A stretch of DNA of 61,249 nt, filler included, from Globobulimina sp. (GCA_003354225.1; 18 parts of 18 records of this genome joined end to end with filler, not necessarily neighbours in it), one strand, 5' to 3'. Shown: positions 1 to 11,185, counted from the whole stretch's first letter. The notes: generated by a model not told the origin, from the letters alone. Translations and numbers: made by a program.

Positions 1-273
1 TTTGCCGATTAATTCATCACTGATTGCAACTAACTCGTTGCTGTCGCCATGACCTTTAAGAATATGAATGTAATCATTCAGCAAATTATCATATTTCTCG
101 CAACAAAATGCAATGAATAAATCACTATTATCCTTATCACCACATAATAAATCGTAATATTTCAATGCCACACTCACTCTTTTTAATGCTGAACAATTTG
201 AGATAAAATCAGACTTACATTCCTTACAAAGTATTTCTGTCGATTCAAATATACTAAAATCAATCGCATCCAT
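1..273 (-). CDS. Hypothetical protein, N-terminal part (runs off the contig)
   Basis: ATG at 273 opens MDAIDFSIFESTEILCKECKSDFISNCSALKRVSVALKYY...YDNLLNDYIHILKGH. The Cys/His pattern resembles the N-terminal region of the protein at 23876. Confidence 0.6.
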   Translation of the reverse strand, partial: MDAIDFSIFESTEILCKECKSDFISNCSALKRVSVALKYYDLLCGDKDNSDLFIAFCCEKYDNLLNDYIHILKGHGDSNELVAISDELIGK

Positions 274-425
274 TGTTTTTTTTTTTTCAAAAACCCTTTT
301 GCTTTGCTTTACAGCTTTAGTGCATCATAGGTTTGTGACTTTGTGTAGCACCAAACTTAACACACAGTCACAGTGAGTCGATATTGATTGATTTATAATT
401 ATAAACAAGCAAGCAAAGCCACACA

Positions 426-3129
426 ATGTCAGCAGATACACAAAACGTATCGCCTCTCAGTGATGCCATGGACGTCGACGCCTCGAATAAGCAGAACAAC
501 AAAAGCAACAATACAATAATGAATGGCTCGCAGTCGTCGCATGAGGCAATAAGCGTTAGTAAGAAAGAGAGAATTCGCAAGATTGGCTATGATTGCAATG
601 GAGAGTTAATGTCAGGATTTGAGGATGTGAATGACGATGAATTGGCGTTTTCGTCTGAGTCTGATTTTGCAATATTTATTAAACAAATCTCATCCGAAAT
701 ACCATTACAACGAGTTAGGTGTTGCGAAAATGCGTTTGCTTCGATTCCACAAAATAAATAAATAAATAAAATGAATGAAATAAAATAAACGCAGTTAGTG
801 GCCGTCAAACGAATGATCAAATCGTGTCATTTGTGGGGAGTCGAGGCCGTTTTGTCTGTATTGCCGCGCGTCAAACAATTGTCGTGCGACAAAGAGATGG
901 TTATTCGGCAGGCCATCGCCGAGGTTTTGGGGCCTTTTGCCAAATATTTGGTGCAATACAACGAGCAGAATGACTTGGAAGGGCAGCAGAGGACATACAA
1001 TGTGATGATCTGCGAGTTGCTGCCTTTGATCAAAGAGATGCTGAAAGACGCCATGGAGGTGAGACAGGGCGCCGGTTCCTCTCTGATTATCATCGCAGAG
1101 CTCTTGAACAAGGAGCAAGTCTACGAACACATCCTCAAAATTGTCCTCCATATGGCCCACGACGACAGCGACGATCAGAAAATCACGGCGCTCCCTGTTA
1201 AGTAGCCTGGATTTGCGAATTTGCGCACAAACCAACAACAAACAAATAAATAAATAGTTATTAGGCGACTTGGCGCCCATCGTCGGCTCCGCTGTGTGTA
1301 AAAATTATTTATCCGCCGATTTGCACGCCTTATCTCAAGATAACTCCTTTCGAGTTCGCAAGGCGACGGTGCAATATTTCGGGCCGATTTGCCAACAGTT
1401 ATCGTGCACGGATTGCAGCGAGTGTTTGTTGCCCATTTTCCTGAGCTTGTGCGGGGACAGCATATGGAGTGTCCGCAAAGGCTGCGTCGAGTCCTTTGTC
1501 GACGTCTCTTCCTCCATCGGTTTGGCGCAGCGCATCCAATTAATCCCCATAATGGAGAAATTCCTCAATGACAGCAGTCGTTGGGTCAGGAACACCGCCT
1601 ACGAGATATTGGGCGCTTTTTTGGCGACTTTGGATTCAGACTCCATCTCTGCCGACTTTCTAAAGTATTTCACCTCCATTCCCCATCTAAGCAGCGCCGA
1701 AGCCGACGCTGATTGCAGCAATCACTGCGCCTTCAATTTGCCGGCGGTGGCCTTGACCATCGGGAAGGAGCGGTGGAGTGAGTTGCAAGATACCTACAAC
1801 ATTTTATGTCGCAAAACCTTCAAATCGAGGAAGACTTTGGCTTGTTCCATACACGAAATCGCACTCATTTTGGGGCCGCAGTTGGCCAGCAAGTACTTGT
1901 TAAATTGCATCGAGTTCTTCTTGAAGGATATTGACGACATTCGGCAGGGAATCATCGACAATCTGTGGAAGATCCTGTCCATTTTCAACGAGAAATTGAA
2001 GATTGAATACATCTCAGTTTTATGGGAATTGGCGTCTGAATCGGACGTGAATTGGCGTTTTCGTCTGTTATTAGCCAAGCAGTTGGACGAAATCTTGTAT
2101 TTGTACACGTTTGACGGGAATAAGATTATTATACAACAGCTCATCCCGTTAATATTCCAGCTATGCCAGGACCGAATGGCGGATGTTCGCTACGCGGCGG
2201 TCTATCCCATCGCCGATGCCATCAACATATTGCACAAAGCCTCGGATTCCTTGCTGTGCATCACGGAGAAACTCAAAAATATCTATAACGGACGCACGTA
2301 CTCCAAACGATTGCTGTATATTCGGATCGCGCAGTCTTGCTTTGACAGACTTGATCGCGCCTTGTTTGACGAGCTTTTTTTGCGCGATTTGTTGCAATAT
2401 GCACAGGATAAAATATTTAATGTTCGCTACTGTTTGGCCCGCTTTCTGGCGCAGCATTTGCTTGACAGCGAAGACGAAGCGGTGCGGAGCGCGATGGAGA
2501 TATTGAAAGCGGACGAGGAGGATATCGAAATTAAGCGCTTTTTTATGAACGAATATGAGATCGAACACTGGTTAGCATTTAAAAGAGCAGAGCGAAAAAT
2601 GAAAGAAAGTGTCAATATGAATGGCAGCGAGAAAATGAATGAACACAAACTCGGGAACAAAGACTTGGATTCCACGGATTCTTCGTTATATTCGTCGTCG
2701 GATTCGGAGGATTTGGAGGATGCGAATGACGATTCTTTGAATGAGGATGATTTGGATGACGAGGAAGATGATTCAGAGGAAGATAGCACGGACGCAAAAT
2801 TAAAGTCGGTGTCCGCAGAGTTGTTGGCTATGGATAGCAATTTGAATAATAATAAGTTGAGCAATATGGATATTTCAGTGATTGGTACGAATAAATTGAC
2901 GGAAGAGGAACAGGAGGAAGTGGGTAATGAGAATAGTAACACATTGGATTTCTTGCAGCATCAAGATACGCCGTATAAGTTGGAGATAGCACCGGAACTA
3001 AAAGAGGATGATGTGATAGATACAAATACCGGCAATTATGGCTTGCCATCGCCGGTCAATGTGGTGGTAGTGGAGGAGAGCGAGAATAACAATAAACAGG
3101 AATCTATCGCGGATGCCACGGATACATAA
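426..3129 (+). CDS. PPP4R1: HEAT-repeat Ser/Thr phosphatase regulatory subunit (PP4R1 / PP2A-A like), 3 exons
   Basis: Exons 426-713, 795-1196 and 1258-3129 join in frame across GT-AG introns 714-794 and 1197-1257. HEAT motifs DNSFRVRKA, DSIWSVRKGC, DSSRWVR, CAFNLPAVALTIG, NWRFR, DRMADVR; acidic C-terminal tail. Confidence 0.8.
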
Positions 3130-3311
3130 AGAAAAGCTCTCGTTTTTAGTCTGTGTGTTGATTAATTATTTTTGAGTTTTTGTGTTCGATGAAATAAATT
3201 GTGTCCTATGTTTACAAGTTTTTATATTTTTTGTTTTTTTTCATTATTGTCGTAGAAATTTATTACGTAAAGACGTATAGAAATGTTTCTGTCCTTTTTT
3301 TTTCTGTGTGT

Positions 3312-3411
3312 NNNNNNNNNNNNNNNNNNNNNNNNNNNNNNNNNNNNNNNNNNNNTTAATTAATTAANNNNNNNNNNNNNNNNNNNNNNNNNNNNNNNNN
3401 NNNNNNNNNNN
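3312..3411. other. Artificial contig linker (44 N + TTAATTAATTAA + 44 N); first of 17
   Basis: The same six-frame-stop spacer starts at 3312, 6723, 10134, 13545, 16955, 20365, 23775, 27185, 30595, 34005, 37414, 40822, 44230, 47636, 51040, 54444 and 57847. The intervening contigs fall in length from 3311 to 3303 bp. Confidence 0.99.
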
Positions 3412-5949
3412 TGGACAAATTGGAATAATATTCAATATCTAGTGTTACATTCAACATTTTCAGATAACAATGGCAATTTAAATGAAATTCCATTTGCTAC
3501 CTCAACCTTTACCAAACTACAACACTTTGAGCTAAATTATAATAATTTCGACCCAGAATCAAAAATATTGGATATTGTTTGTAATTTTCGTGATATTGGA
3601 TATATTTCCACATCAATAACCGGACAACTTCCTAACTGCATAATCTCATTAGATAATGTTGAATATATAGACATGTCCGGAACAGAAATTGTCCATTCCG
3701 TCGATATCAATCTTTTATCTATGACGTCGTTAAAAAAGTTCTCAATGATAAGTGTAGCACATCTTGATATAAATTCATTTAATATTAAATCAAATGATTC
3801 ATTTAAGTTCCATCCAACTGCAAAATATTCATTTCAAGGAACTGCGTTATGTCTCTCATTTATGGGAAATAAAAAAATAAAAATGAACAATGACTCTGAC
3901 TCTAAATATTGGAGCCAAGTCAAAGACATTTATTATAACAATTTATACAATTTTTTAAATGAAACAAATGCGTGTCAACGATATTGCAATTACAGCGAAA
4001 GTAATTGGGGAGATGTGGCGTCTTGGTGGTGTTTAGAAAAAAGTTACGAAAATGGTATCTGCGATCCGGGCTGCAACTCATTTGAATGTCATTTCGATGG
4101 CGGAGACTGTACACAATTATGTGAATGCGACTTGTCGCTGTTGACCAATAATAAATGTGATGTCCAATGCAATACAACAAATTGTAACTATGACATGAAT
4201 CAATGTGTGCAGAATAAAAATGTGGATTGGGACAAATGTTTCAATACTACCAAGTGTGAGAAGTCATGGATCAATGATGGTTTTTGTGATGATTATTGTC
4301 GAGTGGATGAGTGTAACAATGATGGTGAAGATTGTGACATATGTTATAATTATGCGGACGACGTGGATGTTATTAATGATTTGTGTCAAAGAGAATGGAA
4401 TTATTTTACTGTTGCGGACTTGAACGGTGACTTTGAAATCGATGTAGATGAAGCATGCTCATATTGGCACGAATTGATTGCATTATTGAGCGATCAAACA
4501 ATATTTAAATATATGAACTGTTCCACTGTGGTTTCAATTTATGACATTGATGCAAATAATAAAATGAATGGCTTTGAGTTTGCGAATTTTGCGTCAACTG
4601 CGAACGGCCAATGTACAAAAATCGGATCTGTCAATTGTAGCAAGTGTGCATTTGAGGTGGCTCAATGGTATGGATACAATCCATTGTTTTATATGGATGA
4701 CGTCGACAGTAACAAATCAGCATATAATTTATCTAAAAATATAGAATTCTGCAATATGATTTATTCAGATCCAAACAATAACAATTCAGATATAAATAAT
4801 ACGAATTACAAATACAACAACAGTTGTTTCACAAAGACGCAATGTGAAAAAAGTTGGATTGGCGATGGGTGGTGCGATTATAATGCGTGTTATAATGTAT
4901 TTTGTGGCTATGATGGTAGAGATTGTAGCGATTGCTCGACTTCTCCAAACTGCAATGAATTAATGTCCTATTTTGAGATTGTAGCAAATACGTTTTCTGA
5001 AGATGATGAAATTGAAAATAATGAAGCTTGTTCATTTTGGGGTTTACTAAAAGCTTCCTGGGATTCCATTATTTTTAATCATTTAAATTGTACAGAAGCA
5101 ATTTTTATATTTGATTTAGATAACAACGACAAATTAAATCAATTTGAATTAACAAACTTTGCGAGTGCGGCGGACGCGGATTGCTCAAAAATTGGCAAAG
5201 TAAATTGTTCTTTATGTTCCAGTAAAAATATTAGTCAATATTACGGATATAATGATATATTTTTTATTCAAGAAAAATATGACTTGTCCAAAAGCATTAA
5301 TTTTTGTAACATGGTGTTTGCTTCAAATATAACAATAAATCCAACAATTTCGCCGATAATAAATCCAACCATTTCACCAACAATAATTAATGCAACGTTA
5401 TCGCCAACAACATCGGCAATAACAAGTGTCCCCACAGTATCATGCCAGTCCAACTCCAACCAAACGCAATGTGTCAGCAGTTGGATAAATGATGGTTGGT
5501 GCGATGAGAATTGCAGATATTCTGAAATATGCCAATATGACGGAAATGACTGTAATGGAACATGTCCATTTGAATGCAATCAACTATGGACTAATTTTGT
5601 TGCCGCTGCCAATTTATTTTCAAATGATTATAAAGTGCAACCATTGGAATGTGATTTTGTATGGAATACTTTGGTCAATGCATGGAATTCGACAATATTC
5701 AATTATTTAACATGTAGTACAGCGATAAGTACATTTGATTTGGATAACGATAATGCGTTGAATGGATTTGAATTGGCTAATTTTGCGAGTGCAGCAGATT
5801 CACAATGTCATAAAATTGGACAGGTAAATTGCTCCTTTTGTGCCGATTCAATGCAACAGTTTTATGCAAATAATTCCATATTTTATGATGGATCAAATAA
5901 TTATGATTTAACAGCATCGATTAACTTTTGTAACTCTGTATATGCATAA
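3412..5949 (+). CDS. Cys-rich LRR + LNR (Lin-12/Notch) + EF-hand repeat protein, 5' partial
   Basis: Frame open from the contig start. LRR-like N-terminal part, five LNR-type motifs (e.g. CEKSWINDGFCDDYC...CNNDGEDC), three repeated modules with EF-hand loops (DLNGDFEIDVDE, DLDNNDKLNQFE, DLDNDNALNGFE) and a PT-rich linker. Confidence 0.8.
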   Translation, partial: WTNWNNIQYLVLHSTFSDNNGNLNEIPFATSTFTKLQHFELNYNNFDPESKILDIVCNFRDIGYISTSITGQLPNCIISLDNVEYIDMSGTEIVHSVDINLLSMTSLKKFSMISVAHLDINSFNIKSNDSFKFHPTAKYSFQGTALCLSFMGNKKIKMNNDSDSKYWSQVKDIYYNNLYNFLNETNACQRYCNYSESNWGDVASWWCLEKSYENGICDPGCNSFECHFDGGDCTQLCECDLSLLTNNKCDVQCNTTNCNYDMNQCVQNKNVDWDKCFNTTKCEKSWINDGFCDDYCRVDECNNDGEDCDICYNYADDVDVINDLCQREWNYFTVADLNGDFEIDVDEACSYWHELIALLSDQTIFKYMNCSTVVSIYDIDANNKMNGFEFANFASTANGQCTKIGSVNCSKCAFEVAQWYGYNPLFYMDDVDSNKSAYNLSKNIEFCNMIYSDPNNNNSDINNTNYKYNNSCFTKTQCEKSWIGDGWCDYNACYNVFCGYDGRDCSDCSTSPNCNELMSYFEIVANTFSEDDEIENNEACSFWGLLKASWDSIIFNHLNCTEAIFIFDLDNNDKLNQFELTNFASAADADCSKIGKVNCSLCSSKNISQYYGYNDIFFIQEKYDLSKSINFCNMVFASNITINPTISPIINPTISPTIINATLSPTTSAITSVPTVSCQSNSNQTQCVSSWINDGWCDENCRYSEICQYDGNDCNGTCPFECNQLWTNFVAAANLFSNDYKVQPLECDFVWNTLVNAWNSTIFNYLTCSTAISTFDLDNDNALNGFELANFASAADSQCHKIGQVNCSFCADSMQQFYANNSIFYDGSNNYDLTASINFCNSVYA

Positions 5950-6138
5950 TTATTATTAAAATAATCATAGTTCACATATTTTTCCTGTCGCACTTTTTCC
6001 TTATTCACATAGTTCACTTTTTCCTGATAGCTTCGCAATCGTATCCTTGACAATCACTTATTTCCTCTTTGCTGACTAAAAACGATAAAATCGTGCCAAC
6101 CCTAAAAAAAAACGCTTTCTCTGCAAGTACAGATATAG

Positions 6139-6722
6139 TTAGTTTGTTATTATAGCCATTCTCACCGTCCATTTAGGCATCGAAACAGTGAATGATGCTG
6201 AAGACGGTTTGTTACTCACAGTACCCACATAATCCAAGCCTTTACTCTCATCAATTCCATACAATTGAATCTCCCCATTTGTCGTAAATGCAGTCCCTTT
6301 TAAATTCACTGTCAAATCAGTCGATCCTTGATCTTTATTATACAAAATAACATACAAATTTTTTTTATCCGATGTCTCGAATGCATAGCCTGTAGCAGTT
6401 TGAATATCCGATGTTATGGTCCCCAGAGCATTGGTTGTAACATTCTCTGCGTTGCTAAATATCGAAGCGCCCTTTCCATCATAGTTTAGAAATATTTTAT
6501 ACGCCGCAATCACCATCGAACCTACACTCGGTTTGCTCCATCGCGTCGATAGTGACACGCCGTAAGTTGCATATATAGCCAACACCTCACAATGTGCGAT
6601 AGTCGATGTAATGCACGTATCTCCGCCAAAATTGTATTCTGAAATCGCTAACTTAGTGCCTGGGTAATATGCATCCACCCATTGCTTCATTCGCTGTATC
6701 ATCACAATGGGCTGATCAATCC
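6139..6722 (-). CDS. Glycoside hydrolase family 44 (endoglucanase/xyloglucanase), C-terminal part
   Basis: YYPGTKLAISEYNFGG matches the GH44 nucleophile region, followed by AHCEVLAIYATYGV...RW and NYDGKGASIF. 5' end lies beyond the contig. Confidence 0.8.
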
Positions 6723-6823
6723 NNNNNNNNNNNNNNNNNNNNNNNNNNNNNNNNNNNNNNNNNNNNTTAATTAATTAANNNNNNNNNNNNNNNNNNNNNN
6801 NNNNNNNNNNNNNNNNNNNNNNT

Positions 6824-7387
6824 GCAACACAAAAAAGTGCATTTAACAAAGATTTTATTATAACTCCCCAGAAAATGGAGCAGTTGTTATTGTCAACAAA
6901 TGTTATAATTGAAAAAGACGCGGACGATTTAACAATTATTACAGATGTTGATTTTATTGTTAATTTATTAATAAATGAATTTAATAAACAGATGTTTTGT
7001 GTTGATTGGAAAATATTTGATTTATCCATTGGGCAAAAAAGTATCGAAGATGCAAAATTATATTTAAAAAAAGAAATTAATTCAAATCGTTTACAGGTTT
7101 TGACGAATCAGAAATGTTCTGTTTTAGGTATGAGATATATTGATGAGAGACCTCAACTAACTCAATTATACATTTATGGATTGGAAAGGGATGGATTATC
7201 TGCATTATTAATGATGAATAATTTATTCAAACAATGGAAAAATAAAATGGATGGTGTCGTATCAAATGAGAATGAAACATATTTCATGTTTGTTGATAGA
7301 GATATTGTGGAAAGTTATTCAAAAATGGATGTATTGCGTAAGGACTTTAGCTCTCTTGTTTTAATACAAAAAGATTTAAGTCAATAA
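6824..7387 (+). CDS. Hypothetical protein, 5' partial
   Basis: Frame open from the contig start to TAA at 7387; no family recognised. Confidence 0.55.
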   Translation, partial: ATQKSAFNKDFIITPQKMEQLLLSTNVIIEKDADDLTIITDVDFIVNLLINEFNKQMFCVDWKIFDLSIGQKSIEDAKLYLKKEINSNRLQVLTNQKCSVLGMRYIDERPQLTQLYIYGLERDGLSALLMMNNLFKQWKNKMDGVVSNENETYFMFVDRDIVESYSKMDVLRKDFSSLVLIQKDLSQ

Positions 7388-7739
7388 TATGCATTCCTTG
7401 ATAAGAAAAATCCAAAAACTTTTCAACTCAAGTTAACTTATTATGGGAACATGCCTTTCTCGCTCAGATCATATAATAGAAGTAATCCATGTTGTGAATT
7501 TTGTTCAACATGTAGTAATTTTGTGAGTTCTATTGTAACTTTAGAGATACAACATGTTGAACATGTTACTCAAATGTTCCCACAGTTTTAAAACCCCTGA
7601 GAAAGTGTCCACACTCTTAGGAAAATGTGGTGCCACCGATTACATTTATGTGGTATGTGTGGCAGTACGCGTTGCGAATAGATCATGGACAAACGTTTTC
7701 GCATTATTTATACATGAACTATTAAATTTAATTAAGATA

Positions 7740-8744
7740 TTATTTACAATCAGAGGCAATATTATTCATAACACCATTTGCTTGATCTGCCGCTAACTGA
7801 GTTGAAACCACATGCAATGCATTTAAATCATCATTTTGATATAAGGTGGCATACATAAATGATGAATAATACTTTACAACAATGGCATGCTGCGTAGCTA
7901 CAGGAATATTATGCTGATACGATATTCCGTTACATCCACTTGATTCCGTGTTGGAACATGCTCCATCTTCCACAGGCCCCGTATCTCCAAAATGGCAATG
8001 CGTTCCATTTAATATCACTGCCAAAAATTTACAGGTTGTGCTTGGTATATAAGTATAATAATTATCCGCATCTTGTGCAGCTGGACAAATACAATCATGC
8101 GAACCACTCATTATCAAAGATGGTAAACGATCGGCAGTTAAGGCTGATTTAACATTGCCGCATCCACTCAATGTCATCAACGCATCGAATGTATGGTTAA
8201 AAGTCTCACCTAAAGAGTTTGCACTCGCTGCTAACATTGCAGCGCCACCACCCATTGACATGCCTAGCTCAGATATATATTTAATATGTGATTGGTTAAA
8301 AACATAGTTTTATTAAAAACACATACCGGAAACAATTGCTTTATTCATCACAATATTATATAGCGGACATGTTGCATTCTTTGCACATTTATCCCGAACC
8401 CAATCCAATGTATACCTTTGGTCTTTGGCGAAATCTTTTTCATTTGATGCATATTGATGACTTGCTAAAGATATGAAAATATATCCCTGTGGCACCATTC
8501 CTTTGTAAATGTAATCGTACCATGTAGCTTGTGACTCTGCTGCATGACCAAAAATTAAAACGGGATATCGGTTCGTCTTTTCACATGGAAAATAAAGTAA
8601 TAACGGTATATCATGACTAGCTCTTTGTGGATCAACTATTGTTGTCTTGGCATTACAAATTGTGTGATTAGCCCCTGTTGGATTTGATATACATGATGAT
8701 CTTACAAAAAATATTAACGATAATATCGTGGCAACAACGATCAT
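7740..8744 (-). CDS. Secreted alpha/beta hydrolase (chlorophyllase / cutinase-like), 2 exons
   Basis: Signal peptide. GT-AG intron 8264-8326 joins AIVSG to MSMGGG, creating the G-M-S-M-G elbow; candidate Asp (GSHDCICP) and His (GTHCHF) complete the triad. Confidence 0.8.
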
Positions 8745-8860
8745 ACTGAAACAAAGTGCTAGAAGCGAAATAGAAAACTAATAAATGTTTTGTCAACACC
8801 AAAAAACTTGAGTCTTCAGTCATTAGTTTAATCCTGCAATCAAAGGATATATTGTAGACA

Positions 8861-9768
8861 ATGTCAGGCAGACAAGGCGGTAAAAAAGGGAAAAAACAAC
8901 GTGGTGGTCAACAAGAACAAAAACAACAAAAACAAAAACAAGGAGGGGCAAAAGGAGCAAAAGGAGGGAAAGGAAAAGGAGCAAAACCAGCAGCAAAGCA
9001 ACAAAGAAAACAAAAAGAAAAAGTGTCCGCCGGTGTTGGTCGCAAACGAAGAACCAAAGGACAAACCAAAGGGAAAAAAATTGATTTAGCGCAAGCTCGC
9101 TTAGATTTAATAATACGTTCAAAATATCAAAATCCCGGTCAACCCGTCCCGTCTCCGTTAGAGTCGAGAATCTGTCAATTATTGGTCGATTTGGAGGCAT
9201 CGTCCCGAGATTTAAAGCCTCATTTACGAGATTTAGGAATAGTCTCTGCCCGAAAAATAAGAGTAAGTCACGACAAAACTGCCATTGTTATATTTGTACC
9301 AAAATTACAACACCAACGATGGCAAAAATTACAGGACAGATTGGTGAGGGAATTGGAGAAGAAATTTAGTGATGAAGACGTATTATTTATTGCACAGCGA
9401 AAAGTAATGAAATTATGCGTATGTTCAGTGCTAAATATTTTATTTTCTATTCATTTATTCAGCAAATTACTTGATGCGAATCTGCGAACTAAAATAAATA
9501 GCAAATTGATCCGAAAATAAACGCGCCTCGGCCTCGAACACAAACTATAACTGCGGTCCAGAAAGAAATATTGAATGATGTTGTATTTCCAACCCAAATT
9601 GTTGCGAAAAGAACGCGTTTCCGAGTGGGTGGCAGGAGAACGTTAAAAGTATATTTAGACCCAAAGGATTCAAAGGATATCGAAGCGCGTATCCCGACGT
9701 ACGAGGCTGTCTATAGGAAGTTGACAAAGAAAAATGTTAAATTCTTATTCCCAAGATATGTAATTTAA
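8861..9768 (+). CDS. RPS7: 40S ribosomal protein eS7 with a long basic N-terminal extension, 2 exons
   Basis: Intron 9404-9501 (GT-AG). Motifs RLVRELEKKFS, VLFIAQR, RPRTQTITAV, YEAVYRKLTKKNVKF; about 269 aa. Confidence 0.93.
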
Positions 9769-9993
9769 AATTAATTACTGATTTAATATGAATATCAACC
9801 TAAAATGACTGAGAAAATAAGAAAATTAATGCATGGTTGTTTTTTTGTATTAAATTCAAAATTGGAGGAACAACCGACGTCCCTTTTTCTTTTGTGCTGC
9901 TTGCGCAATATTTCTAGAGTCTTTGTCCGCAAAATACAGGGATTAAATTGTAAAAACTCTTCACTAATACAGTACAATACTTGCTTGATAGTC

Positions 9994-10133
9994 ATGTCGC
10001 GACTTGAACAATCTGAAGAGAAGCGCGAATATCACGATGCATGCGGATTTGTGGACGTGTTCCGTAACCCAGGTTCATTAATGTCCTTCAACATTCATCA
10101 CGGTTATTTAGAAGCCATCTTACGTGGATTTCG
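9994..10133 (+). CDS. VMA6: V-type ATPase V0 subunit d, N-terminus (partial)
   Basis: FNIHHGYLEAILRGF matches the conserved N-terminal motif of subunit d; truncated by the contig end. Confidence 0.8.
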
Positions 10134-10233
10134 NNNNNNNNNNNNNNNNNNNNNNNNNNNNNNNNNNNNNNNNNNNNTTAATTAATTAANNNNNNNNNNN
10201 NNNNNNNNNNNNNNNNNNNNNNNNNNNNNNNNN

Positions 10234-10612
10234 TGCCGTTTGTAAGTAAACCATGTGGATGGTGTTTGGGTGGATTGCTGTGTCTATTTCGGTTATTTTC
10301 TTTTTTAATGTGTCTGTTGGTGTGCGTGTGATGGATATTTGGAGAGGAACGACCCATGGATAGTGAGGACAAATGGTGGTTGTGGTTGTGATTAGGAGAT
10401 TGGGTGTGTTGTAGGGAGGATTTATGTTCGTCGAAAGAGGCAGAAAAAACGGGTGAGTTATAGTATGGTTGTTGATTGTTAAAATATTGGCCATGGTGGT
10501 TGTTCGAGTTTGTGATATATGGGGATTGATGGTGAGAGTGTTGTTGGTTGTTAGGTCTATATAGGCTGTTATCCTCCGATTGATGCTTAAAAAGTGGTCG
10601 TTTTTTTGACAT
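10234..10612 (-). CDS. Low-complexity His/Asn/Ser-rich protein N-terminus (partial)
   Basis: ATG at 10612, open to the contig edge; no domain visible. Confidence 0.55.
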
Positions 10613-10935
10613 GGTTTAAGTACAAAAAATCTTTAAAGCTAAAAAAAATCACATCAAAGTGCTTTGAATCATTTTGTTGCATTGTCGCAATGAACAGCGG
10701 TTCAATGTTGTTAAATACTTAAATTCCAGCAGTTTTTTTATTTAATATTATGAAAGTTTTGGATCCAAAAATTCTTTGATACTAAAAAATTCTGCAAATG
10801 TTTCAACAATGACTTTACAAAAACACATGGCTGAAAAAAAAGCATTTCCCATATTTCGATTGTTGTCGTAAACGTATGGAATAAATATCAGTGAAAAGTG
10901 TGGTTATTAGCAAGAAAGCAAGAAAACAAAAAGAA

Positions 10936-11185
10936 GGTTCAGTATCTCAAAAGATAGAGGATGTGTCTGCGATTTCTATCGTTTCTCCAAATAACAATTT
11001 GTTTCGCGGCGTTCGAATCCCGCCTATACCCTCACAGGTATAGTGGCTGAGTGGTCTAAAGCGTTTGGTTAACACCGAATTTCAACACAATTGAATTCGA
11101 TCATGATTGATACATACATATGTTTCACAAATATAATATTTAGCAGCAATTCACATTGATGTAGGTTTAAATCCTACCTGAGCCA
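10936..11185 (+). tRNA. Outer tRNA-like gene A (anticodon GCG as written) with a ~177-nt anticodon-loop intron
   Basis: 5' half: GGTTCAG (10936-42), D arm TCTC/GAGG, stem TGTGT, loop CT-GCG-A (10967-72). 3' half: TCACA (11151-55), TTGAT, T arm GTAGG-TTTAAAT-CCTAC, CTGAGCC-A (11178-85). Acceptor pairs 7/7 with one G.U. T5 run follows at 11203-07. D and T loops are non-canonical, so it may be a pseudogene. Confidence 0.55.
10986..11074 (+). tRNA. Inner circularly permuted class II (Leu/Ser-type body) tRNA-like gene B
   Basis: 3' half first: CCAAA (10987-91), variable arm AACA-ATT-TGTT, GCGG(C)G-TTCGAAT-CCCGC, CTATACC (11024-30). After 6 nt (CTCACA) the 5' half: GGTATAG (11037-43), TGGCTGAGTGGTCTAAAGC, G, TTTGG (11064-68), TT-AAC-A. 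Acceptor 7/7 and anticodon stem 5/5 Watson-Crick. Confidence 0.65.

Noticed and set aside
3312-3411. Regularly spaced TTAATTAATTAA palindromes and uniform ~3.3-kb units suggesting nanochromosomes or a repeat array
   Set aside because: Artificial six-frame-stop linkers between length-sorted contigs; no telomeric repeats at contig ends.
11064-11079. Local anticodon arm TTTGG/CCGAA for tRNA B
   Set aside because: It gives a 6-nt loop with no T arm following; CGAA fits the 11076-11099 hairpin better and CCAAA at 10987 is a perfect partner.
10936-11185. Two ordinary tandem intron-containing tRNAs (A5'+B3' and B5'+A3')
   Set aside because: Those pairings give mismatched acceptor stems and poor anticodon stems, whereas the nested pairing fits.
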